A DNA stretch of 64,000 nucleotides from Neoechinorhynchus agilis (lineage: Eukaryota; Animalia; Acanthocephala), in contig CM121341.1 in assembly GCA_051530055.1 (NCBI GenBank), forward strand, positions 15,602,784-15,666,783, in the 5' to 3' direction. The position numbers and the translations under genes are program-made. The notes under the pieces were generated by a model that saw only the letters and a program-made list of their open reading frames with translations, was not told the DNA's origin and ran no database searches. Of the stretch, positions 23,942 to 36,959 are shown piece by piece. How positions within the stretch are numbered: position 1 is the stretch's first letter; every line of letters starts with the position of its first letter.

Positions 23942-25146
23942 ATGATGCAACACGTATCGCGATCGACACCACCACCACCACCACTGCCACCCGTTCCAAG
24001 AATGACCACTGGACCATCAGGAGTTGGTAACATAAGCTCCGTCAGGCACTCTGAAATGACTAACGCAAGACCAATGGTCTACGATGACCGGCAAAAACGA
24101 TGGTTGGCCTGCTCGAATGGACCTTGCAGATTACAGGTTGCATCCTACCCAGGTCAGCTGAAGATTCTTTGCCGTCGGCCCAGTAATAACAACGAAATCG
24201 TACTTAACAAAATCATAACCAACAATCTGAAATTCAATAGAGCCACACCAACTTTTGTTCAATGGAAGGAGTCAAATGGGATTGTTTTCGGACTTCATTT
24301 TGCCGATCCTTCAGAATGTGACACTTTTAATGAGCTTGTCAAGAATCTATTTAAGCCATCAACTGTGAATGGAGCTGGAGGAAGTCTACAAAGTCTTACT
24401 AGAACCCAAATTAAAGAAGATGAAGATACCAGTTCGATGGGTCATTATCAGACTATTAACGAAGGCTCGGACAATGGAAGTTCAACTTCTCAATTATCAC
24501 CTTTACAATCTCCACCTCAAACAGTCAGGCGAAAAACACCGCCGATCACTACCAGCGATCAACGTGCTCCGGCACCACCTCCTCCACCTCCTTTACCACC
24601 ACCAATACCTGCTAATCGAGTATCTTCTATTAAAGCACCGAAGCCACCTGCTCCACCTCAACTACCCCCCTTTTCTCAGTCCTCTACTTATTATTCCACA
24701 GACATTAGTTCTCCAAATTTGCAGGTGTCGATTTAGAGAACCTCTGCACTACAATGGCGAAGCGGAACAACCAGAATAATGTGAACGGAACATTGAAAAG
24801 GCCGACCGGACGACCACTTGACTTTATGAGCGAAATCCAACAGAAAATCGAAAGGTTCAAGTGTGATGTAGATCCAGTTACTGATGCTAAACCTGCAAGT
24901 GTCACCGGTAGTCCAAAAAACCATTCTGCTCCAGTCAACCACCAGAATCTAAATCACTCGTCGTTCCCCGCTTCGTATGAGAAAATGAAAAACGAAATCG
25001 TGGGCGAAGTTGTACAGGCTGTTAAGGCTGAACTTAATCAGTTTAAAACAAATCTCATGCACGAAATGTCATTGCATCTACAGGCGATATTAAGAAGTCC
25101 GACTGGAGTACCTCCTCCTTCTAATGGCTTTCAAGACTCAGATTAG
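23942..25146 (+). CDS. Ena/VASP family actin regulator (EVH1, Pro-rich, EVH2); frame change near 24.7 kb
   Basis: EVH1: ARPMVYDDRQKRW...LKFNRATPTFVQWKESNGIVFGLHF. Poly-Pro tracts follow. The second frame has FMSEIQQKIERFK and a YEKMKNEIVGEVVQAVKAELNQFK tetramerisation-like coil. Confidence 0.85.
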
Positions 25147-25342
25147 CACATTTTGAAGTTATTTCTGCGTGTGTGTTTGACTGGGTGTGTGGTGGGGCGG
25201 TGGGTGCAATGCGACGCAGGAGCAAAAGCGCAGCTTTTATCGACTTTCCTTGCGTTAGCAACTCTATATAGAGAGGATTTGCTTCAAACTGACACAACTC
25301 ACACGCAAAAAAGCGTGCTCGACCCAGTGATTCCATACTACT

Positions 25343-28300
25343 ATGGCGGATGATAAATGCGAGCCAATTTCGATCTATCCGGATTCTGTTGTTCAAGAGA
25401 GATTGGAGAAAATTAAAGAAAATGACGTGTTCCCATTTCCACATACAATCTTGTTTTCCAAGGTAGTTCAGGCGCACAACATCGGTCCGTTATTCATATA
25501 TAGGGGCATCATTGCACATTGATGGGATTGTATAAGTTGAGCAAAAATTAGGTTGTCGCGCACAGAGAATTGTCAGTTGCAATTTCGGATTTTAATTAAT
25601 ATTTATTCAAATCTTTAAGAGCTGGAAACATTGCTTTTTAAATGAACCTTTGAACGTTGCGTCTTGAAATATTTATTCTCTTACATTTAGTTTATTTTTT
25701 CAAACACAATTTCCTGTATAAACTCTACCGATCCTTTTATTTTTAAGATTTTCGGATAATATGTTTATCTTTTAAATTGGATGTGTGTTGTCCATTTGAT
25801 TAATGCTTATTCATCCGTAATGTTCTCGATAAAATGGAGATTGTATTAATTCGGGAACGCGCCAATATTTGATTACAGTCTATAAGCTTGAACCTTCTGC
25901 ATTTAGCGTCGTTGCAGCTTTCGATTGGCACTGCTTTAAAGGGAGCCACGTGAAAAAATGGCTTTCTCATTTTAAAAAACTGGTTATTTTTCGATTAGTT
26001 ACCTTAAAATCCCTTATTTGAGCCTTCGAAGAATTCGACTTTTGATTCATCTGAGAGATGGACACTATTAATATCAATATGTACCATTAATAAATTAAAA
26101 TCGGTTCTCTATTTTAGAGCACAGAGCGCATCTACAGAAAAACTTTAAGAATTATCGTTCATCTATATAAAAATTTGCTGTAAATTTAAGTGAGAACTTT
26201 TTCGGTGCTAAATGTTTCTGCGCATTTGTAGGAGAATACCGGGATCTGCTCGTAACGGACGTTGAAAAATTTATAAATTTAAATTGAAAATAGTTTATGG
26301 GCGCAAATTGTTTTTACTTGCCATAATAAATAATCAATTGTTTCAGTTTTTACACTACAGGCCCCATATCAACGACAATGCACGGGACTTTAATATTATG
26401 TTTTCTCCTGCAGTGTTTATTTTTGTTGCAAGAAAAATTGCATAATTTGCCCTGTCTATAATTTTTAAGGGCCAGTATTAAAAATTTAAGATCTTTCAAA
26501 TTTTTGTTACATGCCTCAAAGATTAAATCACGCGTAATGTTTCTCTCTGTTCAAGCTGGAAAAAGTGATCAAGCTTATGTTGGATCCACAGCACGGTGTA
26601 CCGATCCGAACACAAAAATATTTCTTAACAACCGTACCGGAAGCTTTTACAGGTTTACATTTTAGTTGTGCTTAGATTAATATTAATTTTTAATATAATA
26701 GGAGAAGATTTAATTGATTGGCTTATGACAAAGTTAAAGATAAAGGAACTAGGTAAGATTGATTCTAATTGGTATGCATTTAATTTGACTATAAAAGTTG
26801 AGGCACTTCATATCGCCACTATTCTTTGCAAATATGGCTATTTTTTCCACGTTGGAACCTGCGGACCCGTCATTGTCCGAGAAGACAGAGAGCTATACCG
26901 AATGCAGGCACCTTATTTTTGGGTTTCTGTCAATTGGAACGTAACTGATGTGGAATATCGTAAGTTTAATGTGACATACGACAAGTGAATGATAGATTCC
27001 CGCTTTAAGTTGTCTATTTAACAAAAAGAAGCATTAAGGGAGTTGATTATCAGAGTCAGCAATTGTCTCATGAAGCCGTGAGTACGCGTTTGATAGAGAA
27101 CTTGTGTATAACTACTACGATCGAGATTTAGACTTATTTTGCGGATCTTAGGCGGAAATATGTTCATCAGTTGGAATTTGTTGGCTCACAGGCTGAGGCT
27201 CAGCTCCGGTATGTTTAAAATGAACCTAAAACTGATTTCTTTTTTAAACAAAATGAATTTAACATTCTCAGCATCTAATTATATTAACAAAATAGCACGG
27301 CTGTCTTCTTTAGGCAAGGGAAAACATTTTTGCTTTCACATGGACCGTTAATCTATTCTCAGTATACCTGATTTACGGAAAGTTTACTGGTTTTATAGTA
27401 TTAGCACACAAACACGGCGTATATTTCTCTGCAGTCTTCACTCTTAATTCGTTCACGTAATCCCTAACCGAATCTAGCATTAAGTAAGTATCGAGAATGA
27501 ATATTTCAGTAGACCGAATAAAAGATATCAATGATCACAAATAGAACATAGACCGACTTCCAGTATTGAAGTAGGAATTTCATTAAGCGAATTAAGATAA
27601 CATGAGACTGTCCCTATTTTATTCGGCCTTTAAAATTGCATAAGATACCAAACACTCAAGAAAAATTACCTTAGAGTGCTAAAAGATCGAAAAAAGATGG
27701 ACAGAGCAATTTTGGAAAGTCAAGAAAAGGCATTTTGGAGAGTTATGCGACCGAAAGTAAGGATGCTTGCTTTTTGGATATAGTTAAATTTTTAACTTAA
27801 GCCCAATGAGATATGCGTGCACGATGAAGATATCAAGTTAACTCTTATACAAGAAGCTCCTTTGACTTTACAGGACATTAAACAAAGGGTAAGTTCTGAA
27901 TTCATCGTTGATTCACAATGATGTATTACGATGAACTGACAAATTTTTTCATTAACTCCCACTCTTTTCGCAATTTAGATAAAAGTTTTAACCCATGAGT
28001 TAAACAATCGCTTCCGACAACGAGCATTCCTCACTCATACAGCGTAAGACTTTTTGCATTTATCTTCCCTTATACAAGGCGAGTAGTCTCTGTACTTTTT
28101 GTGAGCACGAAGCTCAATATGACGGCTTTTTACGGTTTTGTTCTCCTTCAAACCCTTGGATATCTGACGATACAACATTTTGGGATTTGTGGCTTCCCAA
28201 GTAAGTATAATTTTTCCTGACGGCGTTAACCAAAGCGAAAAAGAGTTGAGATTCCAAGCCAGGCGAGAGTTCAACGATGGGGACTGTCTTTACGAGAACT

Positions 28301-28875
28301 CCTCAGCGATCCAACTGGAGTGAATGTGTTCATGAAATTTTGCAGCAGTGAATTTAGTCAAGAATGTTTGAAATTTTATTTGGCTGCTCGAGACCTTAGA
28401 ACGGGTCCACTTGATGAACTCAAAGATAAAGCTGAGAAAATATACAAGTTTGTTTGTGTTGCTTGATGCAAACTTTTATCAGTTGATTATGTTTAGAGAA
28501 CATCTTGTAGCTAACGCACCCGGCGAAGTCAATATTGTCGATACCGTTCGATCGGCAATAACGGCCAACCTGTCCAATCCCACATTGTGAGAACTTTTAT
28601 GTTTTGATCAATACCTAAAATTTTTTAGCCTGTACTGTTTCGATGCAGAGATGCACATTTATGAACTAATGAAGAAAAACTCGTATCCCCGGTTCATCAG
28701 TTCTGAATTTTATAAACAATTGATCAACAGCGCGCCCGTTCCTGTTACAAAGAAAACCGGAATTTTCCACTTTGTCAAATCATCCGCAGCGAGCAATTAC
28801 GCAATCGATTTTGACGACAGTGAAATCTATTCAGATGATCCAGATGGATGTGTACCAACGTTGCATCAGCAATGA
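25343..28875 (+). CDS. R7-family RGS protein (DEP-DHEX-GGL-RGS; RGS6/7/9/11, EGL-10/EAT-16-like), multi-exon
   Basis: Exon 1 25343-25462 (PHTILFSK|GT). Exon 2 from 26556 LEKVIKLMLDPQHGVPIRTQKY. Then YRMQAPYFW, QAEAQ, ILESQEKAFWRVMRP, GGL YDGFL..PSNPWISDDTTFW, and RGS box RVQRWGLSLRELLSDP...HIYELMKKNSYPRF; GT-AG introns. Confidence 0.93.
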
Positions 28876-30530
28876 TCACATCAAAGAAAACTAAAATGTT
28901 GCATAAATAAAGCAATAAAGACTGTCTGTTGAGTGTGCGCGAAGTATTCTAACGCAAATAACATGTCTAAGGGACTGTTTAGTTTCTATAGTTGGGCAGA
29001 AATGGTGCATTGACAGATCATTCAAGGCTACAAAATAAATACCATATTTTACTTTAAATAATATTGAAAAATTAATCATAATAGAAAATCATTCATGATA
29101 ATCAAAGTATACTTTTGGTGAAAATAATTCCGGTCATAACATATTTCCAATAAATCAAATATGTTGTGACAGGAAATTTTTTCACCAAAATTATATATTG
29201 AAAAATTGTTGTAAAATGTGGTCATGAGTTGATATTTTTGACGAACGATCTAATCCTTTATTGCTTCCAGTGCTCTAAATTTTTTTAACTACTTTAGAAT
29301 TCGAATGCTTCTAAGTAAATAAATTGTGATTTCAAGCAGAAATTGATTGTTCAAGTGCAGAATTTGTCAGAAAATTTTTAACTGATTTTTATCGGGAATA
29401 TTCACCTTTATGCACGCTATCTCAAATAAAAATTGCACTCACCAAATGAAATGCGCGAACTCTCTTCACGGACATTTTCGATTTCTTAAATCAGTTTTGA
29501 ACATTTCCACTTGACACGATCATACAGGTTCTTTTATCTATATAACATCTCTTCCTCCCAACATCGTTCTAAATATTAAAATCTTTTCGAAGGTGTCAAT
29601 TATCAGTTTTCGCAAGAAGTATGACCATCTTCATTTTTACTGCGATATTTAGAGCTTATAATTGAAAATGAAGCAAATTTTCTTAGTATTTTAGATTATA
29701 ATGGATCTTTTATCCCCAAAATACCAACCATAAGCCAACCTTTTCCTGAAAATAAAACCAGGAATTTCGATCATTCTTGTTATGATCAAGGTTTTCTTCA
29801 AATAGCAGTCAAACGTTATTGTTAAACTAAAGTATATTTAGTAAAACTAAACGTTACATCTCGCCTCACTGCCTAATGAACGTAAGTTTGGAAGATATGA
29901 AATAGTTTGAAGGACAGAACAACATATCCTGATTTCATCAGTGGAATAGCGTTTGCTCGACATGTGATCTGCTCGAAAAAACCGACGAACCTTGCACATT
30001 CCTGCTGTGATATAAACATATTCTTTTCTACAGAATACCTGCTGAGCTCATTGTCCTTTTTAAGACGAGCCTGCGAGAATAAAAGGTTGCTTATTAGACA
30101 AACAGCTTGTAATGTTCTTGGGCGGCAACGCTTCAAGAATTTTTCAAAGCATTTAATAAGGTTGATATTCGAGCAAAGGCATTGTCATCCCCCATTTATT
30201 CGTCCGCAAAACATGCTATAAAACGAAATATTTCAGGGATTTAAACATAAATTCCCTTTCACTTTCATCTTCTTGATTGTTTCCCAACCATCTCTACACA
30301 ACTTCTTGTCTTCCAATAATCGTTGTTGTCGATTGAGTGTTACATTTTAAGTTTTAGTTGTTTTTATTTAACGCGATGGCTAAGAACGGCAATCTGAAAC
30401 TTAACTCAATTATCTGCTAGACGAATCTTCTAATCCAATACTAATGAGACTGATCGCCTACTGTAGTAGCACAATAACAACTTCCATATAACAATCCACA
30501 GACTCGTAAAGATGTGGCAATCGATAATTT

Positions 30531-30705
30531 TTGAAGATTGAACTATTCATGCTTGTTTATGGCGGAAAATTAAAGGAATTTATTGAATCCGATCGCGTTA
30601 ATATTTACAAGCAACCCTTGATAAAGGCACGAAATTGATCCTAAATATCTGATTTAATAAATTCGATTAATTTTTCCGCCATAAACAAGCATAATCGATA
30701 ATAAT
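30531..30705. mobile_element. Foldback MITE-like repeat family A (approx.)
   Basis: Arms ttgtttatggcggaaaatt...aatttttccgccataaacaag; relatives at ~34007, 45945, 54427, 55973 and 58755. Confidence 0.75.
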
Positions 30706-31726
30706 TCGCTGGACAGCCGCTTTTGCAGTTCCCTCATTTTCGTTTCAGTGTCATTTTGAAATAGAGGCCACAAATGACACCCCATTTTTAGCTCATAAAT
30801 TTCCATAAAAAGTATCATTCGTATTAAAGATTGAAATAATGGTTATTTTCTGTCTCTCTCGTGCAATGCTATCAAATTTGCGATGTTTCATCATTACTGC
30901 CAACACCCCCGTGGGAATAGTTTGCAACACCATGCCATACATTACCCAAGCATCCATGTATCAATATATACTCAACGCCACTCATATACTCCAGTCAATA
31001 TATAGAATCCGTGGAACACAGTTGGTTGAATTGAGCAAGAAACTGTCAACCGGAGCAAATTAATGGGTCGAATTATTTTCGTTTATAAAGCAATGATCTT
31101 AAAGTCAAATGTAAGCGTGTCATCCAGCGAAGCAAAGCTGAATCGTGATATGATTCCCAACCCCCATTTATCAAACAAGGCCATATCTTTAAAAATGCAA
31201 GGCTGACAGTTTCATTAGAAGTTCCCCAGTGCATTTTTGTGGAACATTCCTCTTGTCTCGCTAGATGCTTGTGTATGTGAATACATGATGGTTTCGTTGG
31301 CTAAGAAGGATTTTGAGAGCTAGAGACATAACACACTAGTTTTCTCGTTGAACATAATCATCTATTATATATCAGGGTAAACGCCAAAAGGGGAACTTTG
31401 TCTTGCTCTCATGAAGAACAACAAGACTCCAAACCCATTATAGGTGGTGCAGTTGTCGTAGAGCAAAAAGCGCTCGGTGTAGTTCATGGCGAACGGATAA
31501 TTGTTTCTTGTGCACTTCTTGAACCTGCAAGCATTTTTAAGTATCCAAAGAATATATAAAATTTAAAAGCAGCGACGATATCTCAATTTTATCTTACACT
31601 GGAGTGAGGAAATGGATATGGTTATGCAGAGGAAAAGTGGTTTTTAAGGCGATCTTATGAAACTTTACACTCGTCTCCATTATCCTCCATATAATCCAAA
31701 GTTTCAGATGATTTTCGCCCTATAGA

Positions 31727-32716
31727 ATGCAGCCCAGGGAATCCACAATGCCACCAGATACAACAATACCAATCGGTACTGAGCAAGAGCGTCCGAAATC
31801 GAGAATATTTGGTTTATGCAAAGGGCTCAATCCGGCACCTTTGTTAATGTCAATTTTGCCCGGCAGGAGCAGAAAAAACAGGTCCAGGGTAAATCGTGGC
31901 ACCACCTCTTCAGTAGTCAACACTGTCGTTGCAAATGATCAAGCTGGTCTCTTTGAATCTCATTCTCGATTAAATCGCCGGCTACAAATTAATCGATTTT
32001 GGCTTGTCGGTGTTGCAATAATTTGTATGGGCGGTCTCAGTTTTCTACTTCAAATATTGTCAATCATTACTAAGGCCACGGCCTATAGAATCGGTGCCGG
32101 CGTATGGTGTGGCTCGTTTTTTGTAGTTACTGGATTCCTGACGGCCTTGACTGGAACTCGTAATGCGGCCGGTCCTACGTTGCCCCATCTACTTTTCTGG
32201 GTATTTTTTTCGGCGTCGATATGTTGCCCGGTGCTTTTACGCGAGACAAAGCGATTCTTAATAGTTTCGGAGCAAACGATTAGGAACCGTTCTGCGATAA
32301 TGGTAGCGCTTTACGGAATAGCAGCAGACCTTGTAAAATCTCGAAGTCTAATCCTTACCGCGACAACACATCAGAAATCTAACCTCGGCCGGACTTGTAA
32401 ACAATATTCCACGAGTCACTCCAACGGTGTTGTAATGCTTTGCAGCGGCGGTGTAACTGGCTTTGGCGATGCGGACAATTCGCCAGGAACTTTTCTGATT
32501 GGTTCACCAAACGTAGATCCGAACTATATCTGGCCAGCAATAATTGTGAACTTTCTGTTGCTTGTTGTTGATTTTGTTACTTTTATCTTGCAACTCTGGG
32601 TTGCTATTGGAGCATGCAAACTACTCACTACACCACGATCGGATTCTAATCAATACTATCAATTGCGGAGACGGGCAAGGTCTAGTTTTGAAGACTGTAA
32701 GTTTTTGCACTTCTAG
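31727..32716 (+). CDS. Intronless four-TM protein, MS4A/CD20-like
   Basis: 329-aa ORF with four hydrophobic segments and a GAGVWCGSFFVVTG motif typical of CD20-like domains. Confidence 0.6.
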   Translation: MQPRESTMPPDTTIPIGTEQERPKSRIFGLCKGLNPAPLLMSILPGRSRKNRSRVNRGTTSSVVNTVVANDQAGLFESHSRLNRRLQINRFWLVGVAIICMGGLSFLLQILSIITKATAYRIGAGVWCGSFFVVTGFLTALTGTRNAAGPTLPHLLFWVFFSASICCPVLLRETKRFLIVSEQTIRNRSAIMVALYGIAADLVKSRSLILTATTHQKSNLGRTCKQYSTSHSNGVVMLCSGGVTGFGDADNSPGTFLIGSPNVDPNYIWPAIIVNFLLLVVDFVTFILQLWVAIGACKLLTTPRSDSNQYYQLRRRARSSFEDCKFLHF

Positions 32717-33499
32717 AACTTGGCTATTTGTCTTGAGTTAAGATCGTCCTTCAATCGATTACGATTATCCCCCACCACAATACAGCGATTTATACTTTTC
32801 AAACTCGTCTCCTCTACGTCCGCAACAAACCCAAACTGGCAACCATTCGTCTCAAGCGATAGACGTTCAAAATCAATAGAAAACGAAGCAATAAGAATGA
32901 GCGTGAGTGTAAGCTGGAAGCATGAATATGAATATGTATCTGTTAGAAAAATGAAACAGAAAGGTAACGAAAATCAAAGTTAAATTCTAGTTTAGTAAGA
33001 ACAGATTGTTGCTTGTATTCGGTCTTATGTAATTTCACTAGTTTTTTTATTATCCACAATCCGAATCCTCAAAAAATACACTTTGGCAGTGTATTAGCTA
33101 AATGTTGTCCACTGAAGCTCCGCGAAAATGGTTTTCTGTGGATTTAAAGTCATTCTAAAGAGCATTAAATGCAATTTAGCTTACGTTTTCATGATCGAAA
33201 AAATCACAAGTAATGCGTTCTCTTTAAAATAATATATATTCTCAATATATATTTTAAAAACAAGAATTTAGTGAGGTCTACAATATACTTATAATACTCA
33301 ATTTTTCAATCTTGGCCTTTACAAGCTTGAAAGTGTAATATTTTCTAAGGTTAACTTATCTAAACTTCGCATTTAGGACATCCCTTCCTCGGCTTGTTAG
33401 TTTTCCTTCTTGGCATGAAGCCACACTAAATCAATAGAATCGACTTGCTAGTAAAAACATTTGATCTAAAATTGTCGGTATATGAGGTACCGGGTATAT

Positions 33500-33690
33500 G
33501 ATTAGAATTATTGTTTAGGTCTTCACCCAGTAAATAATTTTTTATAAAACACGTTTCGAACTTCACAGGGTTCATCATTAGTTTATAGCGTCTTTTTATA
33601 ACCAACAAACTGATGGTGAACCTGACGATATTCGAAACGTTTTTTATAAAAAAGGATTTACCGTGTGAAGATCTAAACAATAATTTTGAA
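33500..33690. repeat. Foldback element with ~55-bp imperfect inverted arms (approx.)
   Basis: aattattgtttaggtcttcac...ttataaaacacgtttcgaa versus ttcgaaacgttttttataa...gtgaagatctaaacaataatt. Confidence 0.65.
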
Positions 33691-34006
33691 CTAAAATTGA
33701 TTTTAATCCTATATCTTAGGAGAACAGCTACGATTTTTATATTTAAAATCGTGCAAGCATTTAGAATACATGTGAAACCCCATGACTTCTGCGCCTATTT
33801 GTAGTTTAGCAATTATTTCATGGTGCAAAACTCAAATATGAACGAATCGCTACCGTTGATAAGACCTTAATCACGAAAAGTCCACTCGATGTTCATTAGC
33901 ATTTCCCGCCAGAAATGTCGACTTTTCTTGTGTTAACGAAATCTCTTATAAATCCGCGTATAAGATAGTTTGCGTTTATGATGGCCAGCTCTGTAAAATT
34001 TAAAGT

Positions 34007-34170
34007 TTGAAGATTGAACTGTTCATATTTGTTATTTTATGGCGAAAAAAAGTGAAAGTGCAAACAACCTTGATAAATGCACAAAATTGTGCGGAAATAT
34101 CGGATTTAAAATAAAATCATTTCAATTTCTTCGCCATAAAACAACTAAAATTTAAAGCAGAATCAATTTT
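34007..34170. mobile_element. MITE family A copy (approx.)
   Basis: ttgaagattgaac...ttttatggcgaaaaa...tttcttcgccataaaacaa. Confidence 0.7.
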
Positions 34171-34679
34171 TACAATGCGCCGATAAGTCATTTTTGTTGA
34201 ACGAAAGGTTATTCATGTTGAGCTCTCAGCTACACATTTGAGAGACACTGACACAACTTTGGGCCTGACGTGAGAGTGAGTAAAGGGAACTGTAATGTTG
34301 CATAGTGAGTAACAATCTTCTTTATTAATATAAGTCATTTCGCTGTCGCGTTATCTAAAAATTCCACATCTACCCATTTGAAGTTATCGAACGTCTTACT
34401 TTGAGCTTTATGAATCTAGTAAAAAATTACGTTTCGTCTAAAATCCTCAAGTCTTATCCAACATTTATTGCACATAATGAAGATATCCTTTCAATTATAA
34501 GCCTTTTCTTCGTGAAAAATATTCCGTTTATTTTAAATGGATGTTTTCCCTTTAAAATTTTCGTGCCGTGATGATGTAAGTAAAGAATTTTTCGTCTGTG
34601 ATCAACATGATCGGAAATCGATGCTGAACGGCCCTTATACATCAAACGTATTTTTTCAAACACAACTGCAATCTAATAA

Positions 34680-35150
34680 TAAAGTACAAAACGTGCAATC
34701 GCCACCGTCCGCAAAATTGGAGCTTCTCTCCTTCCTCGGCAGTCGCCATCACGTTAGCAGCATTGCCTCGTTGAACTGCAATCGAGATATTTTGTCGCAG
34801 GAATACACCTGTTCGTGCGTCGCCGGTCTTTTCTCTCAATTTCTTCGAGAGATCCTGAGGCAGAGTGAGCGCCGAGCTGCCAAGCGTTCCATACGTCTCT
34901 ACCCCAAAGGGGACAAAATAGTGAGCCCTCGATAACTGAATATATTTGTGTATTTTCCTCCCTTCCGCTGCACTGGCGGCACCACCGGCAATTTCGAGAG
35001 AGTAGGGAATATTGCTTATTGCGAGGGTGTCCACACACGCAGCCTCCCAGAGAAGGCATTTGCCCTCCCGCCACGGAAAGACCAAAATTCCGTCAGGTCG
35101 ACGACCGTCTAGTTCGCCGTTCTCAACGCCCCAGAAATTACGCTGATTGT
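34680..35150 (-). mobile_element. CRE-like element 3' end (RLE endonuclease tail)
   Basis: FPWREGKCLLW, VPFGVETYG, IAVQRGNAANV; ~34741-34975 is almost identical to 12303-12540. Confidence 0.85.
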
Positions 35151-35934
35151 TAGCTGTAATTAATGTTTGTCTCTTTATGATATTATTTAAGCTTTATGCG
35201 AATATCACTAATATATTTGTTTGGCATACGAAATGGTATTAAGTGTAATTTTCGTTTAATTATTGCCGATAAGATCATGCGTTCTACTTTAGTCTTGGAT
35301 ACTATATCTATGGCACCAAAACTTTGAACTCGTTTGACATCTACAGTGGGGTTCGTAAAAACGAGATTTTGTAGTGCCGTAGTTTTCCAGCTCTTATAAC
35401 ATTCGTACCACAGGACTCTCCATTGTTTAATTAATTTTCTCTAGAATAAAGAGAAACGGGAACTAATTGTAATGAACTATGAATGTTTCGTACCTGTTTT
35501 ACTACAGAGAAGTCCAACGTGTTGAATTTCCAGCCCAATGACTAAACTGAACATCCCGATGCTTTTCAATGAGCACTCTTGTGTTTAAAAATGCTGTAGT
35601 CGGTTTTTGATCAATTATGTATGATTTTTTCACACGATGTTTACTTTTCATTTGTTTAAATTAAAATGCACAATAAAATCCTAGGAATTTAAAAATTGTT
35701 GGAATCCTCACCAAAACGTTTTCGAATTTTAATTAATATTTTCGATCTAATACTTTTGCACTTGTCCACGTACAACTTTCAAATTCCCAAATTTTTTCGC
35801 GTGGTCAAGTCTAAATATAGCACCATAGATCGTCATCATCATCCTAAGCGATTACCAATTATTACCAAAATTACCAGCTAGTTGAAATCTCCTATTCGGA
35901 GGAAACTTAATTACATAATTGGTCGCGCACTCCT

Positions 35935-36780
35935 TCCAGTCCAGCTTTAACGGCTAGTACCTGGACGATGCCACGCTCGGAGGAAACCCTTCTGTTGTAC
36001 TGCGCGATTTGGAGACACTAGTGAAGGAGACGGTCAAAATTGGCGTTAAATTGAATGCTGCGAAATGCTGGATTTTAGTGATGAACGGGGAAGATGAGGC
36101 GTCCAGGCAACCTATCGTGAAAGATTTTCAGAACCTGGCCCCCGGGATAGAATTAATCATTCTAGGCCGGCTGAGTCTTCTAGGAAGCTGCATTTTTGGT
36201 TCTAATGTCGAAGCAGCGATTGCCAATCTTCAACCGCAACGTTCGGTGCTGTGCGAACGAGTTGATGAATTATCTTCACATAAAGCTCTGTTCCTGATTA
36301 AGAACACCCTCTTCATTCCAAAATTAATGTATAAGCTGTGAACAGCGCCTTTTTAAACATAAAGATAAGCTAGCAAAATTTGACAAGACGGTGATAGCCT
36401 CTCTCCAGAAAATTTTAAATACTCTGTGGTCGGACCAAGCTTGGCGTCAAGCGTCCTTGCCTTTATCGTACGACGGTTTGGGTATCCGCAAAGCAGCCGA
36501 TATTTCTCAGCCAACTTATTTGGGATCGTATGAAGCAAGCCGCAAAATAATTCAATCCTTTCTTGGCGAGAATTACACTTTGGATAAAAATTTCGTGGAG
36601 GCTCTTATTCTTTGGTGTGGAGATTCAAGCAGCGAGCAGGTCCCCGGCAATGGTTGCAAACAATTAGTTAGGGACTCACCCCTGATAGCGAGAATTTGTA
36701 ACTCGTTAACTTCAGATTCTCGTGACCTGCGGAACCGAACTCGATTGGCGGCAGTCTCTACATGAGAACCGGGTGCTTGG
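35935..36780 (+). mobile_element. CRE-like element RT/thumb remnant
   Basis: YLDDATLGG, LNAAKC, WRQASLPLSYDGLGIRKA and GAWLNAIP; close relative of 9330-9930. Confidence 0.82.
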
Positions 36781-36959
36781 CTCAACGCTATCCCGCCAAA
36801 GCAATAGTCAATGCGGTGGAACCCTTCTATGATCTGTCTCTGCCTTCATCTCCCTCTTATCATAATATAACTAAAAATTATAATTTCTTTTTAGACCTTA
36901 TTATTCTCATGAAGTGTCTTAATTTAATACCTCAAGTTGACCAGCAGGTATCCCGTTAG

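Noticed and set aside
31335-31560. Start-less 75-codon frame (…IIGGAVVVEQKALGVVHG…) resembling a protease C-terminus
   Set aside because: The resemblance is too short, and no upstream exons or catalytic motif were found.
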